The notes under the pieces: model-generated | What the model was told of the DNA's origin: nothing | Database searches by the model: none | What the model saw: the letters and a program-made list of their open reading frames with translations, nothing else | Shown here: positions 20,121 to 30,300 of the stretch, one piece after another | Layout: every line of letters begins with the position of its first letter | How positions within the stretch are numbered: position 1 is the first letter of the stretch | NCBI GenBank assembly: GCA_003598025.1 | Contig: QZKH01000003.1 | Span: 234,048 to 298,047 of the forward strand | DNA: 64,000 nucleotides | Reading direction: 5' to 3' | DNA from: Candidatus Omnitrophota bacterium | GTDB taxonomy: Bacteria; Omnitrophota; Gorgyraeia; Gygaellales; Profunditerraquicolaceae | Position numbers and translations under genes: made by a program

Positions 20121-21347
20121 CTATTGAAATCGGATTTTTACTGACTCCATATGCTTAGATAAACCCTCTATTGAAGCGATCTTTTCAAGAGGCTCCCTGA
20201 CTTTCTCAAGTGATTTCTTTGAATAGCTTATAATATGGTTGCATTTAAGAAAATCGCAAACAGATAATCCGGAGAAAAACCTGGCAGTCCCCGAAGTAGG
20301 CAATACATGGCTGGGCCCTGCAACATAATCCCCCACTGCGGTAGGAGAATACGGCCCGAGGAAAATCGCCCCTGCGTTTTTAATGCCCCTGACAAGCCTC
20401 CTGGGGTTATTAACAAGTATCTCCAGGTGTTCAGGCGCTATTCTGTTAGCTACATCAACAGCCTGTGATAAGTTCTTCGTAAGGACGATAAAGCCATTCA
20501 TGCCTTCCAGACTTGATTTAATTAATTTAGCCATCTTCTTTGAATTCGTAATCAATACTGCCAAGCCCTGGGCGTGCTCAGCCTGCGCTTTTAAATCGGC
20601 TATTATAAATTTAGGGTCGCTGAATTGATTAGCGATGATGACTAATTCTGTGGGGCCTGCGATCATATCGATATCCGTATAACCAAAAACCTGGCGCTTA
20701 GCTTCACTCACATACATATTCCCCGGCCCGACTATCTTGTCAACTTTAGTTATGGTCTTTGTCCCGAAAGCAAGAGCGGCTATGCCCTGAGCGCCGCCTA
20801 CTCGGTATATTTCATTTACTTTTAACAGATCAGCGACAACCAATATATGCGGGTTAATGGCGCCATTAGCATCGGGAGGACTGATTAAAACTATCTTTTT
20901 AACACCGGCGATTTTTGCCGGTAAGACTGTCATATAAACACAAGAGACCAGCGGCGCTGTCCCTGCCGGTATATAAACCCCGACCTTCTCAATAGGCTCG
21001 TATTTTTCACCGAGGATCACGCCATCTGAACCCCTGGTCCTCCATGACCTTTTAAGAGTTTTATTATAAAACTTAGTAACATTATCGATAACTATCTTTA
21101 AATTCGAGACAAAATCCGGGTTTATATTCTGATAAGCGCCGCTTATATCTGCTTCAGCAACTTTCAACTGCCTTAACTGCATTTTGACTTTATCAAATTT
21201 CTTTGTGTATTTCAAAACTGCATCATCACCGTTAAAACGGACATCTTCGATGATCTTTTTAACCTTTTCCTCAATCCGCCTATAGCGGATTTGACCGCGG
21301 TTATAAATCTTGTCCAGTTGTTTGCTTGCAGGCCGTATTATTTTCAT
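20121..21347 (-). CDS. hisD: histidinol dehydrogenase
   Basis: 408 aa. HisD motifs ...AGPTE..., QAEH, and GDYVAGPSHVLPT. Confidence 0.92.
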   Translation of the reverse strand: MKIIRPASKQLDKIYNRGQIRYRRIEEKVKKIIEDVRFNGDDAVLKYTKKFDKVKMQLRQLKVAEADISGAYQNINPDFVSNLKIVIDNVTKFYNKTLKRSWRTRGSDGVILGEKYEPIEKVGVYIPAGTAPLVSCVYMTVLPAKIAGVKKIVLISPPDANGAINPHILVVADLLKVNEIYRVGGAQGIAALAFGTKTITKVDKIVGPGNMYVSEAKRQVFGYTDIDMIAGPTELVIIANQFSDPKFIIADLKAQAEHAQGLAVLITNSKKMAKLIKSSLEGMNGFIVLTKNLSQAVDVANRIAPEHLEILVNNPRRLVRGIKNAGAIFLGPYSPTAVGDYVAGPSHVLPTSGTARFFSGLSVCDFLKCNHIISYSKKSLEKVREPLEKIASIEGLSKHMESVKIRFQ

Positions 21348-23962
21348 AATCTCATCTCTTTTATATATTTCTTGAACTCATTTATTGTTAATTCCAGATT
21401 CTCAGGTTTATCTCCACCGGCTTGAGCAAAATCCATCCTGCCCCCGCCGCTGCCGCCGATACTCTTTGCGATTATCCGGATAATACCGGAAGCATCCATA
21501 CCCCTCTGGCATAAATCATTGGTTAATCCGACCACCAGAAAAACCTTGCCATTGACAGAAGACCCTAAAATTATAGCAGAACTTGCGACTTTAGACTTGA
21601 GCAAATCAACAGTTTTTCTAAGTAATTCCATATCATAGCCATTAAGGATGTGCGCAATAATATTTATTCCGTTTATTGATTCCGAACCCTGGATCAACTC
21701 ATCGATATTCTGCCTGGTTATATTGAGCCTCTGAGAGTAAAGTTCTTTTTCAAGCTGCTTGAGCTTATCCTGCTTTTTATTAATCTCATCAACAATTTTG
21801 TCCTCTTCGACATTTAATATCGAACTTATTTGGGAGAGGGTGCGGGATTCTCTCTTGAGCAAATCATAAGCAGCATCGCCGGTTAAAGCCTCTATCCTTC
21901 TTATCCCTGAAGCCACCGAGCTCTCCTGAATAATCTTAAAAATTCCGATTTGCGATGTAGAAACCAAATGCGTCCCGCCGCAAAGCTCTTTAGATACATC
22001 TCCTATCTCTACAATACGGACATCATCTTCATATTTATCCCCAAAAAAAGCAAGGGCCCCGGTTTTCTTTGCCAGATTTAGCGATGTTTTCTTTACCCTT
22101 AAATCTATATTCTTAAGAATATAACTGTTTACAAGGTCTTCGATGCGCTCCAATTCCTGCTGGCTTAAAGCTTTAAAATGCGAAAAATCAAACCTGAGCT
22201 TATCAAAATCAACCAGAGAACCCTGTTGTTTTACATGCGCGCCCAGTATAGTCCTTAACGCTGACTGAAGAAGGTGCGTTGCAGTATGGTTCCTGGCAAT
22301 CGCAAGCCTTCTTTGAGCATCTATTGCAGAAACAACTTGGCTGCCCTTAATAAAACTGCCTTGCTCGACGTTTCCAAAATGCAAAATTACTTTGCCGATT
22401 TTCTTGGTATTTTTCACAGAAAAGACTGACTTACCTTTTACAATTTTTCCCGTGTCACCAACCTGCCCTCCGCTCTCTGCGTAAAAAGGCGATCTATCCA
22501 ATATTAATACTGCGCTATCTCCCTTTATGATTTTCTTGATTTCATCGTTATCTTTCAGAATCTTGATGATCTTTGACTTGCTTTCATGTTCATTATATCC
22601 GGAAAACCTTGTATCTTTGGCAACAGCTTTAAAATCACGGCTTTCAAATACATCGCCTTTCATAGCGCTCTGTACCTTTGAACGGTTTTTCTGCTCCATG
22701 ATGTTTGAATTAAGCTTACCCGTAGAAATATCTGCTTTATATTTTTCTTTTAGCCACTTAGCGGTAACCTCTATCGGCAAACCATAAGTATCATATAGCT
22801 GAAAGGCGATATCGGCATTCTCATCAGCATTGGAAGCAGACTCGGCATCCGCAAATTTCTCAGTAAGGTATTTATCGCTTGATTTCAATATATCGAGAAA
22901 ACTTTTTTCTTCGGCCAGAATAATTTCTGCGATATCCTCTTTTCTGCTGTTTAATTCAGGATATGGCTCAGACATTAACTTGGCGACTATAGGAGTTAAT
23001 TTGTACAGAAAAGGCCTTTTTACACCCATACTTACCATATGATAAACACTCTTACGTATTATTTTCCTGACGATGTATCCCCTTTTTTCATTCGAAGGCA
23101 TAACGCCATCATAAATAGAAAAAACTATTGCCCTGATATGGTCGGCGACAGCATTAATAAGCTCTGCCTCAGGTAAAACAACACTATTTTTAATCTCTTT
23201 TATAAGAGGGATAAAAAGATCAGTTTCAAAATTAGAATAGACCCCCTGCATTACCGCAGCCAGCCTTTCTAAGCCCATACCGGTATCTATGTTTTTATTT
23301 GGCAAAGGCTCAAGCAAACCCCCTTCCTTACGGTTAAACTGGGTAAAAACCAAATTCCATATCTCGACAAACCTGCCGCATGAACATCCGGGGCTGCATG
23401 AATCCTTACCGCAGCCAACGCCCTCCCCGAAATCATAAAATATTTCAGAACAAGGCCCGCATGGCCCATTAGGCCCTTTTTCTTTTGCTTCAGACGGCCA
23501 AAAATTATCCTTGTCTCCAAGTTTAACTATTTTATGGCTAGGAAGCTTTATGATTTTTAGCCATTTTTCATAAGCTTCGCTGTCATCCTTATAAACTGAC
23601 ACCCAAAGCCTGGATTCAGGTATCTTGAGTTCTTTGGTCAAAAATTCCCATGCCCAGCAAATCGCATCTTCCTTAAAATAATCACCGAAAGAAAAATTAC
23701 CCAGCATCTCAAACATCGTGTGATGGCAGGCTGTTTTACCCACCTTTTCCAGGTCATCAGTACGCAGGCATCGCTGGGCAGTAGCAGCACGCTTGAATCC
23801 GGAATTAAATCCCATAAATTCTTTCTTAAACTGGTTCATTCCGGCAGGGGTAAATAATACAGTATTATCATCATGCGGGATAAGGCTGTCGCTGGCGACA
23901 ATCTTATGCCCTTTCTGCTTAAAATACTGGAGAAATTTATTTCTTATTAAATCAGCTTTCAT
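21344..23962 (-). CDS. alaS: alanine--tRNA ligase
   Basis: 872 aa. Has a class-II catalytic core, an editing domain with HTATHLL, and a C-terminal DHHA1-like GGSGGG motif. Conserved recA-recX-alaS order. Confidence 0.95.
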   Translation of the reverse strand: MKADLIRNKFLQYFKQKGHKIVASDSLIPHDDNTVLFTPAGMNQFKKEFMGFNSGFKRAATAQRCLRTDDLEKVGKTACHHTMFEMLGNFSFGDYFKEDAICWAWEFLTKELKIPESRLWVSVYKDDSEAYEKWLKIIKLPSHKIVKLGDKDNFWPSEAKEKGPNGPCGPCSEIFYDFGEGVGCGKDSCSPGCSCGRFVEIWNLVFTQFNRKEGGLLEPLPNKNIDTGMGLERLAAVMQGVYSNFETDLFIPLIKEIKNSVVLPEAELINAVADHIRAIVFSIYDGVMPSNEKRGYIVRKIIRKSVYHMVSMGVKRPFLYKLTPIVAKLMSEPYPELNSRKEDIAEIILAEEKSFLDILKSSDKYLTEKFADAESASNADENADIAFQLYDTYGLPIEVTAKWLKEKYKADISTGKLNSNIMEQKNRSKVQSAMKGDVFESRDFKAVAKDTRFSGYNEHESKSKIIKILKDNDEIKKIIKGDSAVLILDRSPFYAESGGQVGDTGKIVKGKSVFSVKNTKKIGKVILHFGNVEQGSFIKGSQVVSAIDAQRRLAIARNHTATHLLQSALRTILGAHVKQQGSLVDFDKLRFDFSHFKALSQQELERIEDLVNSYILKNIDLRVKKTSLNLAKKTGALAFFGDKYEDDVRIVEIGDVSKELCGGTHLVSTSQIGIFKIIQESSVASGIRRIEALTGDAAYDLLKRESRTLSQISSILNVEEDKIVDEINKKQDKLKQLEKELYSQRLNITRQNIDELIQGSESINGINIIAHILNGYDMELLRKTVDLLKSKVASSAIILGSSVNGKVFLVVGLTNDLCQRGMDASGIIRIIAKSIGGSGGGRMDFAQAGGDKPENLELTINEFKKYIKEMRL

Positions 23963-24425
23963 AACTAGTAATTGAATCTATAATGAGGTTGGCAGGAAAC
24001 CCGCGCCTGGCAAGATACGAATAGAGCCTGTTCCTTCTTTTGCTTGGCTCCAGCTCAGCAAGTTGTTTTGATTTCTTCATTATCAAACCTTTGATTACTT
24101 CAGCCTCAGAATATTTCCCCGTTAAATCTTTTATCGTTTGATCAATAATATTATTCGAGACTCCCTTAAGCTTGAGTTCGTATTTTATTTTAGTAATACC
24201 GACTCCGCGGCTAATCCTGGTTTCAGCCCAATTCTTAGCAAATATATTATCATCGATAAAGTTATGCTCTAACAACCAGTTAATGACATTATTTATTACC
24301 CCTGCATCGTATTTCTTGCTTTTCAACCTCCGGGTTAATTCGGCAACGCTTCGCTGCCTGAATTTGAGAAGAAGAAAGGCATAATTCCTTGCCTTAATTA
24401 TCTGCGGGTTATCTATCTTGTCCAC
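23952..24425 (-). CDS. recX: recombination regulator RecX
   Basis: 157 aa helical-repeat protein with a GTG start. Lies immediately downstream of recA on the same strand. Confidence 0.8.
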   Translation of the reverse strand: MDKIDNPQIIKARNYAFLLLKFRQRSVAELTRRLKSKKYDAGVINNVINWLLEHNFIDDNIFAKNWAETRISRGVGITKIKYELKLKGVSNNIIDQTIKDLTGKYSEAEVIKGLIMKKSKQLAELEPSKRRNRLYSYLARRGFPANLIIDSITSYES

Positions 24426-24426
24426 C

Positions 24427-24546
24427 TGGTATAATTATGAAGCTCCCCGAGCTAAAGCCCGAGGTTTCTTGGAGCGAAATACTGAGCGTACACACTCCCT
24501 CCGCACCTTTCAAGGTGCGGTTTTTGTGGCCGCGAACTTATAAAAT
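24427..24546 (+). ncRNA. candidate small RNA / repeat element copy 1: extended -10 promoter (TGgTATAAT at 24427-24435) followed by about 100 nt conserved element ending in hairpin 24501-24520 + TTTTT
   Basis: Plus strand, antisense to the recA-recX spacer. Homologous copies lie at 62499-62597 (+) and 16459-16552 (-). Hairpin ccgcaccttt-caa-ggtgcgg is followed by ttttt. Confidence 0.5.
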
Positions 24547-24595
24547 GTCGCCGGCGAATTTAACCAATGCGGCTTGCGCGCATTAAACGCTTAAA

Positions 24596-25618
24596 CTAAA
24601 TCTTCTTCCTTAACTCTTTTTCGATTGTTTCCTGCAGTTTAGGATTTTCCTTAAGCAGTTTTATAGCTGCTTCTCTTCCCTGCCCGATTTTCTCTTCGCC
24701 ATAAGACAACCAGGCGCCGCTTTTGTTTACTATTTCGGCGCTGATCGCAGCATCAAGTATGCTGGCAGTCTTTGATATGCCCTCATTATGCATTATCTCA
24801 AACTCTGCTTCCCTGAAAGGCGCAGCGACCTTGTTTTTTACTACTCTAGCCCTTACCCGGTTGCCTATTACCAGGTCATCTGATTTCAAAGTGGCGATTT
24901 TTCTTAAATCTATCCTCACAGATGAATAAAACTTAAGCGCCCTGCCTCCGGGTGTGGTTTCAGGAGAACCGAACATAACCCCGATCTTCTCCCTTATCTG
25001 GTTTATAAAAACCATACATGTTCGTGATTTACTGATAGCGCCAGTCAATTTTCTTAAGGCCTGGGACATCAATCTTGCCTGTAAGCCTACATGCGAATCA
25101 CCCATTTCCCCCTCAATTTCAGCACGGGGAGTCAGCGCGGCGACAGAATCAATGATAACTAAATCAACGGCATTTGAACGCACAAGCGTCTCTGCAATTT
25201 CTAGAGCCTGCTCACCGGTATCCGGCTGAGAGATTAATAGATCATCCAGGTTAACACCAACGATTTTGGCGTAATTTGAATCAAAAGCATGCTCTGCATC
25301 AATAAATGCAGCTACTCCTCCTAACGATTGGATCTCTTTAATAAGCGACAACGTAAGAGTTGTCTTTCCGGAAGCTTCAGGGCCATATATCTCAATAACC
25401 CTTCCCCTAGGAAAACCGCCGACACCAAGGGCCAAATCAAGGGTTAATGCGCCTGTAGGGATAACTTCCACATTAACCTTTACATCTGAACCCAGTTTCA
25501 TTATGGAACCTTTACCGAATTGTTTTTCGATCTGCGATAAAGCCAATTCAAGTGCTTTTTGGCGGTTAGATAGGTCTTTTGCGGGATCCTTTTGCAAAAC
25601 TTTCTTATCTACAGTCAT
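24596..25618 (-). CDS. recA: recombinase RecA
   Basis: 340 aa with Walker [10 protein letters not shown] and a conserved L1/L2 region. Confidence 0.97.
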   Translation of the reverse strand: MTVDKKVLQKDPAKDLSNRQKALELALSQIEKQFGKGSIMKLGSDVKVNVEVIPTGALTLDLALGVGGFPRGRVIEIYGPEASGKTTLTLSLIKEIQSLGGVAAFIDAEHAFDSNYAKIVGVNLDDLLISQPDTGEQALEIAETLVRSNAVDLVIIDSVAALTPRAEIEGEMGDSHVGLQARLMSQALRKLTGAISKSRTCMVFINQIREKIGVMFGSPETTPGGRALKFYSSVRIDLRKIATLKSDDLVIGNRVRARVVKNKVAAPFREAEFEIMHNEGISKTASILDAAISAEIVNKSGAWLSYGEEKIGQGREAAIKLLKENPKLQETIEKELRKKI

Positions 25619-25677
25619 AATTCCTCCGATAGTTTATGGTTTGAGAGATAATTATATCTTACTTAATTTAGGCTGTC

Positions 25678-25848
25678 AATCAGTTAGTTCATAGTTCATG
25701 GTTCATAGTTGACAGATAACCTGGAATTCATCGGCCATAAAAACCATATAACTATGAACTGTGAACCATAAACCCTCCTTATCTATATGACGGATTAAAA
25801 ACCTAAATCTAACACATTAGTTCATTGTTCATGGTTGATGGTTGATGG
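25678..25848. repeat. arrays of tandem heptamers (TAGTTCA/TGGTTCA/TTGTTCA/TAGTTGA and complement TGAACTA) arranged as imperfect inverted arrays
   Basis: 25685-25712 holds 4 units on the + strand, 25750-25773 holds 3 units in inverted orientation, and 25818-25848 holds 4+ units. The recA-GGDEF divergent intergenic region is 458 bp. Confidence 0.85.
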
Positions 25849-26004
25849 ATAATATTATAAGCATATGGATTACATGGGTATCGCGTATATCGTGTTGAGT
25901 ATTGAGTATTATTCCTTCTTGCAGGCGAGTTAATAATTCACTGTTTAAGGCTCAAAGTTACTATTCTAATTATGTAAAACTTTGAACTATGAACTGGGTA
26001 CTTC

Positions 26005-26070
26005 TGTGTCCTTGTGACATTGTGTCTTTGTGGCTAGCTACTTTCTATGTTTCTATGAACTATGAACTAA
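26005..26070 (+). repeat. composite repeat (TGTGAC.TTGTGTC...TGTGTCTTTG..CTA.TACTTTCTATGTTTCTATG + 2 TGAACTA units), family 2; second copy at 42312-42406
   Basis: Aligns with 42312-42406 and partly with 31556-31594. Confidence 0.75.
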
Positions 26071-26112
26071 CTGACATTGACACTTATCTTAAAATATGCT
26101 ACATTTTCTTTC

Positions 26113-27303
26113 ATGGATGAATCAATACAAAAGGTTAAGCAGGATCTTGAAAAGACAAAAGCAGAGCTGGCCATTCTCTATGAAGTCTCAAATGCAATGC
26201 GCACAACTCTTAAGCTTGATGAGATCCTTTATATAATCCTTACCGGTGTTACAGCCCATACCGGGCTAGGCTTTAACAGGGCGATTCTTTTTCTTGTTAA
26301 TGAAAATGAATCAATCCTTGAAGGAAAAATGGGCATAGGCCCTGAAACCGGAGAAGAGGCAAACCGTATATGGAACCAGATAGAACATGAAAACATGGGC
26401 CTGGATGAGCTTATAAGTGTCTATAAATCTTCGTCATTCAATGTCCTTGAATCCGGGTTCAACCAACAGGTCAGGCGTTTCAAGATACCGCTGGCAGAGA
26501 AGAATGATGACCTCTTTGCCCTGGGAGTGATGGAGGGGATGCCGCTCCTGCTTACCAAAGATGCAATAAAAGGTTACACAAATTACCCGGTGATACGCGA
26601 GTTAAAAAGCGAAGAACTCGCCATTGTCCCGCTAAAAGCTAAAGACAAGATAAACGGCCTCATCATAGCTGATAATTTTATTACAAAAAAAACCATAACT
26701 AAAGATGATATGCGTATGCTTGTCATGCTGGCTAACCAGGCAGGTCTTGCAATTGAAAACTCACAGCTTTTTGAGAAAACAATGCTCAGGGCCCACTCAG
26801 ATTCACTGACCGAATTATGGAACCACGGTTATTTTCAATATCTGCTCCAGACAGAAATTGACAGAGCCAGAGCGACAAACAATAAACTAAGCCTGATAAT
26901 GCTCGATATAGACGATTTTAAGATTTATAACGACCTTTCGGGACATCAGTCAGGGGACAGGATACTGAAAGAACTGGCTAGATTATTAAAGAACCAGTCA
27001 AGAAAAATGGACCATGTATGCCGTTATGGAGGAGAAGAATTCACCATTATACTACCCCACACCGAAGGCAACGAAGCTTATATGATAGCTGAACGCTTAA
27101 GAGAAGATGTAGAAAAATATCCTTTTTGGAAAGAAGAACTGCTTCCGAATAAAAAAGTTACGATAAGTATGGGGATTGCCACTTTCCCAATGGACGGGAA
27201 GAGCTCATCAGAGCTGATATCGGCATCCGATATAGCCCTATATCAAGCAAAAGCAAAAGGAAAAAACAACACCTTCCTCTACAAAACCCCAACCGGTATT
27301 TAA
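26113..27303 (+). CDS. GAF domain-containing diguanylate cyclase (GGDEF)
   Basis: N-terminal GAF-like region, then GGDEF domain with RYGGEEFTIILP and an upstream inhibitory-site-like RxxD. The ORF-track start at 26077 is a TTG inside the heptamer array; the first ATG is at 26113. The only plus-strand gene in the window. Confidence 0.85.
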   Translation: MDESIQKVKQDLEKTKAELAILYEVSNAMRTTLKLDEILYIILTGVTAHTGLGFNRAILFLVNENESILEGKMGIGPETGEEANRIWNQIEHENMGLDELISVYKSSSFNVLESGFNQQVRRFKIPLAEKNDDLFALGVMEGMPLLLTKDAIKGYTNYPVIRELKSEELAIVPLKAKDKINGLIIADNFITKKTITKDDMRMLVMLANQAGLAIENSQLFEKTMLRAHSDSLTELWNHGYFQYLLQTEIDRARATNNKLSLIMLDIDDFKIYNDLSGHQSGDRILKELARLLKNQSRKMDHVCRYGGEEFTIILPHTEGNEAYMIAERLREDVEKYPFWKEELLPNKKVTISMGIATFPMDGKSSSELISASDIALYQAKAKGKNNTFLYKTPTGI

Positions 27304-30300
27304 GCGGGGACAAGGTCAGCCTGTTTGTCTTTTATCCCTTTATTCTGGGAAAATTTAACTGAGACAATCTTGGAAACCCCAGATTCTTCCATTGTAATAC
27401 CGTACATTACATCAGCATTCGCAATTGTCTTCTTGTTATGCGTAATTACGATAAACTGGGAGGTTTCTGTAAAGTCCTGCAGTATCCTGCCGAACCTGTC
27501 AACATTTGCTTCGTCAAGAGCAGCATCAATCTCATCTAATACACAAAATGGTGCAGGTTTAACCTTGAATATCGCAAACATAAGCGCTATTGCAGACATG
27601 GATTTCTCCCCGCCGGAAAGAAGCAGGACATTTTGCAATTTCTTTCCCGGAGGCCTGCATACAATTTCAATGCCAGACTCAAGCGGGTCCTGCTCATCAA
27701 TAAGAAAGATCTGACCGTCACCCCCGTTAAATAAAAGCCTGAAGTAACTGCGGAACTCCTCCCTGACTTTTTCAAATGTCTCAAGAAACATCTTTTTTGT
27801 CGTGCGGTTTATCTTTAATATGGCTTCATGCAGCGATTCCTTAGAAGAAACCAGATCGTTCTGCTGCTGCACGAGAAAATCGTAACGCTTCTTAAGCTCA
27901 TCGTATTCTTCTATTGCAACAAGGTTAACCGAACCGTAAGAATCAACCCTGTTCTTGAGTTTTTCTATCTCTTGAGTTAGTACGTTTTCATCAATAGTGT
28001 CTTCGCTATGAGTCTCCTGCTCTGCCCCTAAATCAAGTTTATATGCCTGTAAAATCCTATCTTTGATGCTTTGGCACTGAAAATCAAGGTCCTTCTCCTG
28101 CATTTGTATTTCATAGATCCTGGCTTTTACCGCTTCAGCTTCTTTTCTGTTTGATTCTATCATTTTTACCGTTTCGCTTGTGCCTTCAGAGAGTTCCCTG
28201 AACCTGGCCTCATTTTCTTTTAGCATTTCCTGTTTGACGACTATCTCCTTGGCAAGTGCCTCGGAGGAAATACGCAAACCGCTGATTTCAGAATTAAGCG
28301 CTTCCTGTTTCTTTGACGCATCCTGCAATTGGGTATCTATACTCATTACTACATCCCTGTCCTGCTCGTAAGTTTTTTTAAGCATCATGACCGTTTCTTC
28401 TTCAGAATCTTTCTTCTCAAGCAATGCCTGTAGCTGTGTTTTTGCTTCGGCGATAGATATAAGCACGCCCTCTTTCTGCTCATTAGTAAATGTGATATTA
28501 TTTTGCTCTTTAATAATCAACGACTCCTGGGCTTTATTATTATCTTCGAGCTCTTTTTGCTGCTGGCTTATAGCCATGACTTTACCGGTAATAACCGAAA
28601 GTTCTTTGCCAAGGTCATTTAATTCAATTGTTATTACTTCCTCTTCTTCCTTTAATTTACTAAACTGTGCAGAAACCGTTTCATGATAAGCCTTTTTATT
28701 GGCTAAATTAATTTCTACAGTGCGCAGTTCTTCCTGCACCGCCGCCAGGCTTGCCTCAAGCTCTTTAATAATCAACTCCTTTTTCTCCTTGACCAGCCTT
28801 AATTCCTGTAATTTCTTATTAACCGAATCAATCAGCTGCTCAACCCTCTGCGCATCAAGATCAATCGGCTTTGCTTCTCCGGTAAGCCTTAAATTATCCT
28901 TATCATACGATTTGATCCTGACAACAAGGCCGTTCAAAATATCTGCTGGAAGCCTGTCTATCTTTATTTCGGCTTCCATAGATTCGCCGATATCTTCATA
29001 TCTGTGTTTAAGGTTGATCAGGAATTCACGCTGTGATTCAAGGGAAAGAAGCTGTTTTTCAAAACTATCTATTTCACTCTCTAGGCCAGTGAGTTCGCCG
29101 GCCTGGGACTGCCGCTCGGATTTTAATTGCTGTATCTTTTCATTAATACTTGCAAAGTTTGACTCCATAGCTGATAATTCAGAAGTTACCAAATTAAGGC
29201 TCTCTTCAATAAGGCTCTTTTCCTCGGTTATCTTTGCGTTCTCAACCTGAAGCCTTTTCTTTCTGGCAAGAAAAACCTGCTCCTGCGAGATCAGATCCGT
29301 AATCTGGTTCTTGGCTGAAGATATTTTGGACATCAATTCAAGGATATGTTTCTTGGCATTTGCTATTGCGTCCACAGAAGACCTTACGGAAAGATTAAGC
29401 TGACTGAGTTCGTCTTCTTTGGACCGGATATAGGTGTTCTTTTGGCTTATATCACTGCTGAGAGAATCAAACTCATTCTTGACCTTCATGAATTTTTCTT
29501 CATCGAATGACAGTTTCTCTTTGACTTGAGTGAGCTGTTTAGACAAATAAATCTTTGTTAATTCAAGTTCCTGTATTTTTTCTTTATTAAAATTTACCTT
29601 TTCATTGGCCCTAAAATCCTGATTATTAAGGTCAAGAATTATATCTTTGATTTTTCTGAGACTGTCTTCAATCCCTGCCAGCTCAACCTGCCTTCCGCTT
29701 ATATTCTCCTCATCCTGGCAAATTGCGGCGGACAGCTCGGCTTCTTTCGCCGTAAGTTGAGCAACATTATTCCTTATGTCATCCTTTTCAGTTAACAACC
29801 CTTTGATATGGCTGCTGGCGAGTTTAAATTCCTTAAGCTTTAATTCCTCAAATGCCTCCTTATACTTACGTGCCTTGTTAGCCTGTCTTTCCAAAGAGGA
29901 GATCTGTCTATTTACTTCAACGATTATATCATTTACCCGTAATAAGTTCTGCTGGGTTTCTTCCAGCTTCCTCAGCGCTTCTCTTTTCTGAGATTTATAT
30001 TTAGTGATCCCCGAGGCTTCATCAAAAACAAGGCGCCTGTCTTCCGGTTTGGAACTTAAAAGAAGGTCGATCTTGCCCTGTTCAACAAGAGAATAACTCT
30101 CGGCACCGATACCTGTGCCCATCAATAACTCCAGGATGTCTTTGAGCCTTACCTGGGTTTTATTAAGAAGGTATTCGCACTCCCCTGACCTAAAAATCCT
30201 CCTGGTTATCAAGACTTCCTCACTGTCAACGGCAAAATACCTGCCCTTATTATCAAAAGCAAGGCTGACTTCGGCCATGCTTAAAGGCTCTTTGGCATCT

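Noticed and set aside
20228-20416. 62-aa ORF inside hisD
   Set aside because: It is on the same strand in an alternative frame within a well-supported hisD CDS.
25678-25780. LexA/SOS box upstream of recA
   Set aside because: No palindromic GAAC-N4-GTTC, CTGT-N8-ACAG or GTTC-N7-GTTC match was found. The GTTC-containing heptamers have 7-bp spacing and recur at non-SOS loci, so they are not called as a LexA site.
25678-25848. Possibility that the short tandem repeats are a CRISPR array
   Set aside because: Units are 7 nt with no intervening unique spacers, and there are no cas genes in the window.
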